From assembly GCA_025455065.1 (NCBI GenBank), contig JALONG010000004.1:86690-150689 (forward strand): a DNA stretch of 64,000 bases. Direction: 5' to 3'. Below, in pieces: positions 50,979 through 60,129 of this stretch. The position numbers and the translations under genes are program-made. Under the pieces are notes generated by a model that worked only from the letters and a program-made list of their open reading frames with translations, ran no database searches and had not been told where the DNA came from. The stretch is from Candidatus Kapaibacterium sp. (GTDB lineage: Bacteria; Bacteroidota; Ignavibacteria; Kapaibacteriales; UBA4661). How positions within the stretch are numbered: the stretch's first letter is position 1; the number at the start of each line of letters is the position of its first letter.

Positions 50979-52244
50979 ATGAATCTTCTGAAAAATTTCC
51001 CTTCATCGCCATTTTTGGTGTTTGTTATTGCGGCAGCTTTTTTTGTTGCCTACGGCTCATTTTTGGTGATGACACAGCTTGCCGCAAGCCCGTTTGTTCT
51101 CTTTGTTTCGTCGGTATTTTTGCTCTTTCCCTTTCGCAATGAATCCGTTCATGTCAAACGCATGATGGTTTTGCTGTGTTTGACCTTTGCGGCATGGCTT
51201 TTCCGCGAGGTGGGAAGCCTCTTTGCACCGTTTTTTGTGGCATTTGCCTTTGCGTATTTGTTCGAGCCGGTGGTGCAGTTTTTACAGCGCAGAAAATTCC
51301 CGCGCTGGCTTTCGGCAGGGCTGTTGGTGCTAGCATTTATCAGCCTTGTAGCCTCTATTGTGGTCTTTGTATTCCCGATTATTTTGGCACAACTCAACGA
51401 CATTATCAGGGAAATGTCCTCGCTCATTACCCGCGCAACGGCGTACTTAGAAAGCAGACAGTTTTTCCGTTTGCTTTCCAGTTACGGCTTAAATTCCCCA
51501 CAAACCCGCGAATTGATTCAGCGTGAACTTGTGCCGCGCTTGGAAGGCTCATTCAACCTCATTTTGCGCACGTTGCTCACATTTTTGAGCAGCCTTTCGG
51601 ATGTGGTTACGCAAGTGGTGAACATCATCCTCACGCCGATTTTGATGTTTTATTTCACCAAAGATTTCGACAAAGTAAAAGCCTTCATCGTCAAGGTTTT
51701 AAGCGGTCAGCAGTCGAAATTGCTGTTTGATTTGTACCGCATCAACGGCATCGTGAAAGCATACATTAGCGGGCAGGCAATCGCGGCGGTGATGATAGGC
51801 ACGGCTTCCAGCCTCATTTTCTTTGCTTTTGGGATTCCTTATTCCGGCGTTATCGGCACGGTGTGCGGTTTGCTCAATCCGATTCCGTATATCGGGATGT
51901 TTTCGAGCATCATTATCGGCTTGATAACAGTCGTGGTGGTGGGTTCGGGCGATGCGATTATGTTTTCGCTGGCGGTTATTACGACGACAGTCTTGGGGCT
52001 GCATTTAGTGGACAATTATGTCTTGCAGCCGCGTATTGTCGGGCAGCGTGTGGGATTGCACCCGCTTGTGATGATTGCTTCACTCTTGCTTTTTGGGCAT
52101 TTTTGGGGAATTGCAGGCTTGCTTATGGCGGTTCCGATTATGGCAAGTATGATGATGTTCTTCAACGATTGGCTGACGGCAAAACTCGCCGCCCAAGAAG
52201 CACCGGAAATGCCCGTAGAATCTATGATTGCCGATGCGATGTAA
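50979..52244 (+). CDS. AI-2E family (UPF0118/PerM-like) membrane transporter
   Basis: 8-TM profile with the characteristic long central loop and conserved GLLNPIPYIG-type motif. Start set at MNLLKNF; the ORF is open from 50637. Confidence 0.75.
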   Translation: MNLLKNFPSSPFLVFVIAAAFFVAYGSFLVMTQLAASPFVLFVSSVFLLFPFRNESVHVKRMMVLLCLTFAAWLFREVGSLFAPFFVAFAFAYLFEPVVQFLQRRKFPRWLSAGLLVLAFISLVASIVVFVFPIILAQLNDIIREMSSLITRATAYLESRQFFRLLSSYGLNSPQTRELIQRELVPRLEGSFNLILRTLLTFLSSLSDVVTQVVNIILTPILMFYFTKDFDKVKAFIVKVLSGQQSKLLFDLYRINGIVKAYISGQAIAAVMIGTASSLIFFAFGIPYSGVIGTVCGLLNPIPYIGMFSSIIIGLITVVVVGSGDAIMFSLAVITTTVLGLHLVDNYVLQPRIVGQRVGLHPLVMIASLLLFGHFWGIAGLLMAVPIMASMMMFFNDWLTAKLAAQEAPEMPVESMIADAM

Positions 52245-52290
52245 TGTGATGCCGATGTACGTTAATACCTGTGCAAAAATACAGGCTTCC

Positions 52291-52420
52291 GTAGCACAGA
52301 CATTCCTGTCTGTGTCCGAAATGAGCAAAGCGAATAATCTTCAAGCAGGGTAATTTCAGTAAGATACGGCATTACGCCTATCGGCGTTAAAGACACAGAC
52401 AAGAGTGTCTGTGCCACGAA
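52291..52420. repeat. Two diverged, oppositely oriented palindrome cores (gtagcacagacattcctgtctgtg; gacacagacaagagtgtctgtgcc) flanking a small hairpin (acgcctatcggcgt)
   Basis: Members of the same CACAGACA-N-TGTCTGTG family. Located downstream of both convergent genes (AI-2E and mltG). Confidence 0.6.
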
Positions 52421-52486
52421 GAAATTCCTTGATGCTTAACTTGGATGAAGCCTATGATTTTGGACACGCTATTTTTTTCACCACCT

Positions 52487-53539
52487 CTAAATGTTAATCT
52501 TCCCCGCTCTACGCCTTGCGCGGAATATCGCCACAGCTTGCTGATGCTCCGCACCGTTGCGGGTGAAGGTGTGCGTATTTGTACCGTCCAATTTTGCCAC
52601 GAAGTAATAGAATCCATGCGCTTCGGGAGCAAGTGCAGCTTTGATTGCGGCGCGTCCGGGGGAGTTAATCGGCGCGGGTGGCAATCCGGCGTATTTGTAG
52701 GTATTGAAGGGGCTGTCAATTTCTAAATCCGCAAAAAGCAGGCGGCGACTTGTGCGATTGGGGTTTTTAATGTCATAGACATACTGCACGGTCGGGTCTG
52801 CTTCCAACTTCATCCCGATTTTATACCGATTCCAATACACCCCCGAAACACGCGGTTTTTCGTCATCCACAGGTGTTTCTGCCTCGACGATGGAAGCCAG
52901 CGTCAGCGTTTGGTGACGGTCAATGCCCGTTGTGGCAGTGCTGGAGACTTCGCGCCAAAATTCGTCTTGTTCATCCAAAAGTTTGTCCAGCACTTCGTTT
53001 GCGGGAGTTTTTTTGTAAAATTCGTAGGTGTTTGGCATCAAATACCCTTCAATAGTCGCCGTCGTGATTCCACGCGCTTTACGCAGCGAGTCGGAATAGG
53101 CAATCCGTAAAAATTCTCCTTTATCACAGCCTATTTTTTCCGCCGCAATTTCTGCATATTTGCGAAGCGTGATTCCTTCTTGGAAGGTAACGGTTGCCGT
53201 TTGTAAATTACGCTTGGAAAAAAGCCGCATAATTACCATAAATTGAGGCATATTCGGCTCAATGGTAAAAATGCCGCGCTGAATCGCTCGCTCTTGCTGC
53301 CACGCCACAGCACGGGCAAAGAGCCGCGCAATAGTCGGCGAGGTAATAATGGAGCGGTTTTCAAGCTGCGTTATGGCAGTATTGATGCTCATTTTGGGGC
53401 TGACATAAAACTCCATCGGCGTAGCAGTCTCCACAGGCTTAACAAGCTGGACAAAACTGTACCCGGCAAGGCTTGCAATGATAACTATCGGAAGCCCGAT
53501 AATAACGGCGATTCGCTGACCACGAGTCATAGAAAACAC
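52487..53539 (-). CDS. mltG: Endolytic murein transglycosylase MltG (YceG-like)
   Basis: N-terminal TM anchor and YceG-like domain (GYLMPNTYEF, EAETP motifs). Confidence 0.85.
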   Translation of the reverse strand: MFSMTRGQRIAVIIGLPIVIIASLAGYSFVQLVKPVETATPMEFYVSPKMSINTAITQLENRSIITSPTIARLFARAVAWQQERAIQRGIFTIEPNMPQFMVIMRLFSKRNLQTATVTFQEGITLRKYAEIAAEKIGCDKGEFLRIAYSDSLRKARGITTATIEGYLMPNTYEFYKKTPANEVLDKLLDEQDEFWREVSSTATTGIDRHQTLTLASIVEAETPVDDEKPRVSGVYWNRYKIGMKLEADPTVQYVYDIKNPNRTSRRLLFADLEIDSPFNTYKYAGLPPAPINSPGRAAIKAALAPEAHGFYYFVAKLDGTNTHTFTRNGAEHQQAVAIFRARRRAGKINI

Positions 53540-53636
53540 GATGTATTCAACATTTGATGAACTTTAAGGCTGCTAATATGCGAAATTTCCTTCAGGCGAC
53601 AAAGCGCCATTCTCGAAAACACGCTTCAAATAATCT

Positions 53637-54078
53637 TCTTCGTAGCACAGACATTCCTGTCTGTGTCCCTAACGCCGTTAGGCGTAATTCCGAAAGGACA
53701 GCAATGGGTGAAAATTCTTCCCGTAGCACAGACATTCCTGTCTGTGCCCCTAACGCCGTTAGGCGTAATTCCAAAAGAACAGCAATGGGTGAAAATTCTT
53801 CCCGTAGCACAGACATTCCTGTCTGTGCCCCTAACGCCGTCAGGCGTAATTCCGAAAGGCATAATACCAAAATCATCGTAACAACAACCTTTTCAAGATT
53901 ATACGCTTCGCGTATTAGTGACACAGACAAGAATGCCCGTGCTACGGGGGGAGAAGACATTCTTGTCTGTGTTTCTAACGCTGAAAGGCATAATACCGAA
54001 AGTATCGTAACAACAACCTTTTCAAGATTATACGCTTCGCGTATTAGTGGCACAGACAAGAATGTCTGTGCTACGGGT
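53637..54078. repeat. Tandem repeat array: three 81-bp units followed by two ~126-bp units, each containing the CACAGACA-N3-TGTCTGTG palindrome (not CRISPR)
   Basis: Units start at 53641, 53722 and 53803 and are nearly identical (cgtagcacagacattcctgtctgtg[t/c]ccctaacgccgttaggcgtaattcc...agcaatgggtgaaaattcttcc). A second unit type starts at 53858 and 53984 (ggcataatacc...cgtattagtg[a/g]cacagacaagaatg...). Lies in the divergent mltG / M1-peptidase intergenic region. Confidence 0.8.
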
Positions 54079-54080
54079 GT

Positions 54081-57000
54081 CATTGTGTTACTTCTGATGC
54101 TTGCCGCACTATCCCTCCAAGCCCAGCCCACAAGCGGCTTCCCGCAAAACCTCGAAGAACGCCTCAAACAAGAGCGCCTCGCGGGGCTTGTCCACACGAT
54201 GAACGTTACGGTTAATGATGATGATTACACCTTCAAAGGCACGTCCCGCGTGGAGTTCACCAATAACACGCCTGACACGCTGCGCCAAATCTTCTTCCAC
54301 GCCCATTTCAACGCCTTTCAGCCGAACAGCCTCACGCATAAGCGCGTTGCGGCAATCGGTCCGAACCGCTTAAAACCTGAAACCTTTGCTAATCTCAAAC
54401 CAAACGAAATCGGCAAACTTGACATTCTGCCCGGCACAAGTAATGGAGCGCCTTTCACGGTAGAGCGCTTGGGAACGATTATCCGCTTAGACCTTGCAAA
54501 ACCGCTTCTGCCCGAAGAGCGCACCACGCTTGAGTTTGCCTTTGAGGGACAAGTTCCCGTGCAGGTGCGGCGCTCAGGGCGCAATAATGCTCAAGGTGTG
54601 CGCTATTCGATGGCGCAATGGTTTCCGAAATTATGTCAATACGACCAACACGGCTGGCAAAATAACCAATTTGTTTTGCGAGAATTTTACGGCGTGTGGG
54701 GTAAATATGATGTGAAAATTACGCTTCCCGCAAAGTACGTCGTTGGCGCTTCCGGCGACCTCCAAAACCCGCAAGAATGCGGCTTCGGCTATCCCTTCAC
54801 CGGAAGCGCCGCAAGCGACACAACCGTTATGCCGCTTCCCGATGCACAAAAGCCACAAGGCACGAAAACATGGCACTTTGTGGCATTTCCCGTGCATGAT
54901 TTCGCGTGGGTTGCCGATGCGGACTATATTCACCGCGTCGTCAAAATGCCAGTTTCTTCGCCAGTTTCGGCAGGAATGACCTTTCACATTCTCACCAAAC
55001 CCAAGTACGACGCGGTTTGGAAGAACGCTGTGGATTGGCTGCCGCGTGTCTTTCGCTTTATGGGCGAGAAGTATTTGCCATATCCTTACAAGCAATTTAC
55101 CTGCACACAAGCGGGCGACGGCGGTATGGAGTACCCAAATTTGGTGATGATTCGGAGCGGTGATTACAACGGGACGCTTGGCACAGTCGCGCACGAGGCA
55201 ATACACCAGTGGTTTTACGGCATGGCGGCGAATAACGAAACCAAACACGCTTGGATGGACGAAGGCATCACCGATTACCTCACCGACCGCATTATGGCTG
55301 AGGAGTTTAAGATTGATGAGCAGCAGCGCTCCACGTGGCTAGAGCAGACGCTCATTCCGCGCCGCAAGGACGCTTTAGAATCGAATCGGGCGTTTTTGCG
55401 GGTGTATGCGCTTGGCTACGATGAACCGCTCTCTATCCCGCATGACCGCTTTAACGAGGACATGACCGCCGTGATGGTTTACCGCAAAGGTTCGGCGTGG
55501 ATGCGGCAATTTGAGTATTCGTTTGGCAAGGACAAGGTTGATGAACTACTGAGGAATTATCAGGCTCAGTGGCGTTTCCGTCACCCATATCCGCCGGATT
55601 TCGAGAAATTGGCAAGCGAAACTTTTGGGCAGCGCATGGATGAAGTGTTTGACACCTTTTTGCGCGGCACGGAACTTCCCGATTACACGCTTCAATCCTT
55701 GCGTTCTGAGCCGACAAGCGACGGAAAATTCAAAAACACGCTGCAAATGACCAAACGCGAACGCGCTCACGTGCCGCTTCGCCTCTTTGCAACGGATGTG
55801 GGCGGTCAGCGCAGCATTTTGACGATTCCCAGCGATATGCTGAATGCGCCAAACAACGACACAAGCCGCCTTGCGCCTTGGTTCTGGGCAGCAGGCGATT
55901 ACACCGCAGAATTTATCACCCAAACCCCACTCCGTGAAGTTCGGCTGGACACCGCAGGAAATCTGCTTCGCCAAGACCTCACGAAAAATAGCATTCAAGC
56001 GGGCGGATTGTTTCCTGCCATGCCGGATGTCAAATTCGGCTTTATGACGCGCTTCGACGAAGCTATGCCGCTTGATTATTATGGTGTGTCGGTGCGCCCG
56101 TCGGTGTGGTTTGACCCGCTTGGGGGCTTGCAACTTGGGGTAAGGGCGGATGGTGTTGGCGGCTACAATACGCCAAAAATCACGGCTGGGGCGTATTACA
56201 ATTTGGGGAATCGGCGGTTTGATTGGCAGGTGGGGCTTCAGCAGACGCTTGGCGGGAATGGGGTTATTAACACTTTTGACGCGAAAATCTTTAGTATGGA
56301 TGGAGTTCGTGGGGTTTCTTTGCGGGCATTGAACGACATTCGCCCAACGCGATATGCCCGTGAGTCATTCGGGCTGAGTTCGATAATGATTGACTTTTTA
56401 GACTTCGGAGATGATAGTTATCTACTGCCCGAAATATCCAGTACAACCTTCAGAGGTGCAATGATGCGGTTGGGTGCAATCAGTGAACAACGCTGGCGAA
56501 ATGGCTATGTGCAATTAGAGGCAAATATTTCGTCTGACGGTTTTATTTTTATCGACGGACAAGTTCGATTTGAATGGTCAGACACTTTTTTTGAATCACC
56601 GTATTTCAGCATAAAACCTCGTGCTTTCGTGTATTTGGCAACTATCGGAACGCCGCGCTTCTTACAATATTCCCTTCAAAGTGGTACTTCACTAGAGCGT
56701 TTTGAAAATATACCGGCACGCTATACACGTTTCGCGGCTTACAATTTTAATCTCCCTGTTTTCACACAAGGAGGCGGTGGGTTCGTAAATTCTGCAAACG
56801 AGGCGACAAGCGCTATTGCGGCTGTCAATCTCTTTTTGGGGAACAAAACACTTAGATCAATGGGCGTAAATATTTTTGGAATTGAAGTGCTAAAGCCCGG
56901 TGCATGGATTTCAGCAGCGTTTGCGCCCATACGTACCCAAAGTTCTTTTGACTTCAACTTCGACTCCGGCATCTCACTCGGCATCAATCTCGCAGACATC

Positions 57001-57147
57001 GCACCGGAGAGCCGTCTGTTGTGGACGTTCAAAAACGAAGTGTCGCTGACGGCGTACGTGCCGCTTGTTTCCTACATTCCCGGGCGGAATTGGATTCTGG
57101 GCTACGACGGAGTGCGCTTTGGTGTCAGCACGACGATAGGGCAGTAA
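54081..57147 (+). CDS. Secreted M1-family zinc aminopeptidase-like protein with a ~480-aa C-terminal extension of unknown function
   Basis: HEAIHQWFYG...WMDEGITDY (HExxH-x18-E) M1 signature, plus a hydrophobic signal-like segment LLLMLAALSLQAQP. The start is uncertain (GTG 54081 or ATG 54099); the supplied ORF (from 53554) runs through the repeat array and that part is not believed coding. Confidence 0.7.
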
Positions 57148-57172
57148 CAACAACTTTTCAAGGAATACTATC

Positions 57173-57424
57173 ATGCAACCAACACATTTTTCTCGGCTCC
57201 AAATGGAATTGCTGAAACTCTACGCACACGAACCCTCCGACGAGGAATTACGGGACATTCAGCAACTGTTAGCCCAATACTACGCAAACAAAGCACACGC
57301 GGCAATGGACGCATTTATCGCCGAGCAGGAGGCAACGCCGGAAGAGATCTATGCGACATGGGCGAGTGAGCATTTGCGTACACCCTACACAACTAATCGC
57401 TTATCCCATGCAAATAGTGATTGA
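57173..57424 (+). CDS. Small helical protein, candidate antitoxin of the downstream PIN gene
   Basis: 83-aa ORF whose stop overlaps the PIN gene start by 17 nt. No family recognised. Confidence 0.4.
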   Translation: MQPTHFSRLQMELLKLYAHEPSDEELRDIQQLLAQYYANKAHAAMDAFIAEQEATPEEIYATWASEHLRTPYTTNRLSHANSD

Positions 57425-57812
57425 CACAAACATTCTGCTGAGTAGTATTGGCGCGGCAGCACCCTACAGATGGCTTTGGGATACAGTTTTGGCTGGTCGT
57501 TTGTCTATGCTTGTTACAACAGATATTCTGCTTGAATACGAAGAAATTATTGGCAGAAAAACGAATGCTTTTGTTGCAAATAATATTCTCCAAGCAATAA
57601 CAAGACTTCCTCAAACCCGCTTCGTTACAGTATATTACTGGTGGAATCTGATTGCAGAAGATGTTGATGACAATAAGTTTGTTGATTGTGCAATTAACGG
57701 CAATGCTGCATATATCATTAGCAATGACAGGCACTTTGATACACTTAGTTCCCTTGATTTTCCTCGTTGTACGGTAATCCGCCCGGAAGTCTTTCATGAT
57801 TTACTCTTCTAA
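57408..57812 (+). CDS. PIN-domain protein (putative toxin of a toxin-antitoxin module, TIGR00305-like)
   Basis: N-terminal IVIDTNILLS with the first acidic residue, later conserved D/E positions, and terminal NDRHF-like motif. 134 aa. Confidence 0.7.
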   Translation: MQIVIDTNILLSSIGAAAPYRWLWDTVLAGRLSMLVTTDILLEYEEIIGRKTNAFVANNILQAITRLPQTRFVTVYYWWNLIAEDVDDNKFVDCAINGNAAYIISNDRHFDTLSSLDFPRCTVIRPEVFHDLLF

Positions 57813-57815
57813 TTT

Positions 57816-58205
57816 TTGACTATGACGACAACCATCACCATTCCCGTAGATAGCGCATTATTGCTTTCGCTTCGACTTTCGCGTGAGGAATTTGCCCGAC
57901 AAATACTCTTTGCGGGAGCGCTTGCCCTTTACCGCCAACATAAACTCAGTTTAGGAAAAGCTGCTAAACTCGCCGAATACAGCCGAATGGCATTTATTGA
58001 AGAATTATCGCGGCGGGGAGAGGCAATCTTTGATTTTAGCGATGAGGAAGTAAATGACCTCATTACGCGGGCGGATTCTGTTGAACGCTTGATAGAAAGC
58101 CCTAAACAAGAGACATTTGAAAAATTGCTAGCCCGAATCACATCGGAAAATTTGCATACGGAAACAGACTGGGGAACGCCCGAAGGAAAGGAAATACGCC
58201 CATGA
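57816..58205 (+). CDS. UPF0175-like small protein with C-terminal extension (antitoxin-like)
   Basis: Segment LSLGKAAKLAEYSRMAFIEELSRRG resembles the UPF0175 helix-turn-helix core. Lies 4 bp after the PIN stop, and its own stop overlaps pgeF. Confidence 0.5.
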   Translation: MTMTTTITIPVDSALLLSLRLSREEFARQILFAGALALYRQHKLSLGKAAKLAEYSRMAFIEELSRRGEAIFDFSDEEVNDLITRADSVERLIESPKQETFEKLLARITSENLHTETDWGTPEGKEIRP

Positions 58206-58951
58206 CCCTCCGCATCGAACAACCCCACATCTTTCCGCACAACATCGTCGCCGGAGTCACCGAGCGCAATACCGAACTTTTTCCCGAAACAGGCTTGTCT
58301 TTGCTGAAAGCACAGATTCTCACTGGCGAAGAAGCCGAACAACACCGCTTTCACCTCGCCAAAGCAATAGGCGTGGAGCGCGATGCGCTTAAATTCCAAC
58401 GCCAAGTGCATGGCACAGAACTACGCTTTCTCGCAAACGATAATCACGAGCGCAATACCTACGAACCCTTCAATGAATCCGACGGCATGATGACCGCAAC
58501 GCGAGGTTTTGTGCTGTGTGTGGGCATTGCCGATTGTGCGGGAGTGCTGCTCTATGACGCAGAGAATGGGGCTATTGCCGGCTTACATTCGGGGTGGAAA
58601 GGCACACACGGAAATATCGTGCGTGGCGGCATTGAAGAAATGCACAAGCGATTTGGCACAAACGCCGCATCATTGCTTGCGTATATCTCGCCCTGTGCTT
58701 CGGGTGAGCGGTATATTGTGCGGGAAGATGTCGCACAGTTTTTCACCGCACCCGCTCTTAGCCGCATCAATGCTCAAGAATACACGTTTGACAACCGTCT
58801 GCGCATCAAAGAACAACTCTTGGAATGTGGCGTTTTACCGGAACATTGCGAAGTTGCGCCCGGTTGCACTATCAGCGAAGAGCGGTATCACTCGCACAGG
58901 CGGGACGGTTCGGCTGCGGGGCGCATGGTTGCGTTTATTGGGATGAAATGA
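58202..58951 (+). CDS. pgeF: YfiH/PgeF-family (laccase-domain, DUF152) purine nucleoside phosphorylase / peptidoglycan editing factor
   Basis: Motifs CVGIADCAGVLLYD and GLHSGWKGT characteristic of the YfiH family. Confidence 0.8.
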   Translation: MTLRIEQPHIFPHNIVAGVTERNTELFPETGLSLLKAQILTGEEAEQHRFHLAKAIGVERDALKFQRQVHGTELRFLANDNHERNTYEPFNESDGMMTATRGFVLCVGIADCAGVLLYDAENGAIAGLHSGWKGTHGNIVRGGIEEMHKRFGTNAASLLAYISPCASGERYIVREDVAQFFTAPALSRINAQEYTFDNRLRIKEQLLECGVLPEHCEVAPGCTISEERYHSHRRDGSAAGRMVAFIGMK

Positions 58952-59048
58952 GTGATAGCACATTGCAGCAAAGCAAAAAAATGCGGCGCTGCAAAGAACT
59001 CTCTCTGCAACGCCGCATATAATCGAAGAGGCAATCTGATGCCAGCGC

Positions 59049-59483
59049 TTACGCGACTGCTTCTTTCACGCAAAATTCATCGAACATACCTTGAATTGCG
59101 TCCGCAATCGTTTCCGGCATTCTGCCTTCGATATGATGACGGTGAATTACCGCCACAGGCTGCCCGTCGCGGAAGAGCGCCATTGAGGGCGATGACGGTG
59201 GGATGCCTTGCAAATACTGAGCGCGAAGATGCTGCGTTGCGGCAGTGTCTTGACCAGCAAATACCGTAACAAGGCGGTCGGGGAGTGCTTCGTTTTTGAG
59301 TGCCTGAGCCACAGCCGGACGAGCGCTGCCGGCAGCACAACCACAAACAGAGTTCACAACGACAAAGGTTGTTCCCTGCTGCGAAAGTGCGCTATCAACA
59401 GCCTCCGGTGTCAGCATTTCCTGAAAACCAATGCGGGTAAGTTCTTCGCGCATCGGCTTTACAAGCAGAGGGTCGTATGCCAT
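59049..59483 (-). CDS. Bacilliredoxin-like thiol-disulfide oxidoreductase (BrxA/BrxB, DUF1094/YphP family)
   Basis: 144 aa with the unusual CGC active-site motif (VVNSVCGCAAG) in a thioredoxin-like length. Recollection-based. Confidence 0.6.
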   Translation of the reverse strand: MAYDPLLVKPMREELTRIGFQEMLTPEAVDSALSQQGTTFVVVNSVCGCAAGSARPAVAQALKNEALPDRLVTVFAGQDTAATQHLRAQYLQGIPPSSPSMALFRDGQPVAVIHRHHIEGRMPETIADAIQGMFDEFCVKEAVA

Positions 59484-59604
59484 ACAAGTCCTTTGGTTTG
59501 GTGGAAAAAGAATAAAACCGCACGGGGAAAAGTGATTTGTTTGTGTGCGGCATTTCTACAACATTAGAAAAATACGCAATATCAAAGACGGAAAAACGAG
59601 CCGA

Positions 59605-59946
59605 TTATTTCTCACTCTTCTCACTCTTCTCGCTTTTCTCTGCTTTGGGGACGATATTTGCCACAGCAACACGATTAACGCGAACACGCACGTTGTCGGC
59701 AATCTGCACCACAATCACATCTGCTTCAACACCTGAAACTGTGCCATGAATACCGGAGGAGAGTACAATTTTATCACCTTGCTTCAGGCTTTCCATCAAT
59801 TTTTTGTGTTCGTCTTCGCGCTTTTTTTGGGGGCGCAAAATCATGAAGTAAAAAATCAGAATAACCGAGCCAAAGGTCAAAACTGTGGTAAAAAGGCTGG
59901 TCGGGTCTCCGCCTTGCGTGGGAGACATTGCGAAAAGGAAATTCAT
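59605..59946 (-). CDS. yajC: Preprotein translocase subunit YajC
   Basis: Single N-terminal TM (LIFYFMILRPQKKR) and YajC core (GDKIVLSSGIHGTV). C-terminal (KSE)n tail. Confidence 0.85.
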   Translation of the reverse strand: MNFLFAMSPTQGGDPTSLFTTVLTFGSVILIFYFMILRPQKKREDEHKKLMESLKQGDKIVLSSGIHGTVSGVEADVIVVQIADNVRVRVNRVAVANIVPKAEKSEKSEKSEK

Positions 59947-60129
59947 AGAGTTATTTCAAAATTAAAAAATAAATGGAACAAGAGTCTTTACTTGTTTGAC
60001 GAGCAAATTTTGTTTGGCAAATAACTTGCTTTACAAGCACGATAAAAACAAGATTCCATGCTAAAAATCCGCGAATTACTTTCGATATTCCAATTACTTC
60101 CGGTTTTCCGATTACCTTCGGTCTTCCGA

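Noticed and set aside
53637-54078. Possible CRISPR array (regularly spaced ~22-28-bp palindromic repeats)
   Set aside because: The segments between the palindromes are themselves near-identical between units (81-bp and ~126-bp periodicities). There are no unique spacers, and no cas genes are nearby. It is a tandem array of a dispersed palindromic element.
53554-54080. N-terminal ~175 codons of the supplied 1197-aa ORF (peptide repeats RSTDIPVCAPNAVRRNSERTAMGENSS)
   Set aside because: This is an in-frame read-through of the tandem DNA repeat array. The hydrophobic signal-like segment and the M1 peptidase body begin after it, so the coding start was moved to about 54081.
57021-57215. Small ORFs overlapping the 3' end of the M1 peptidase and the 57173 ORF
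   Set aside because: They are short and overlap better-supported frames.
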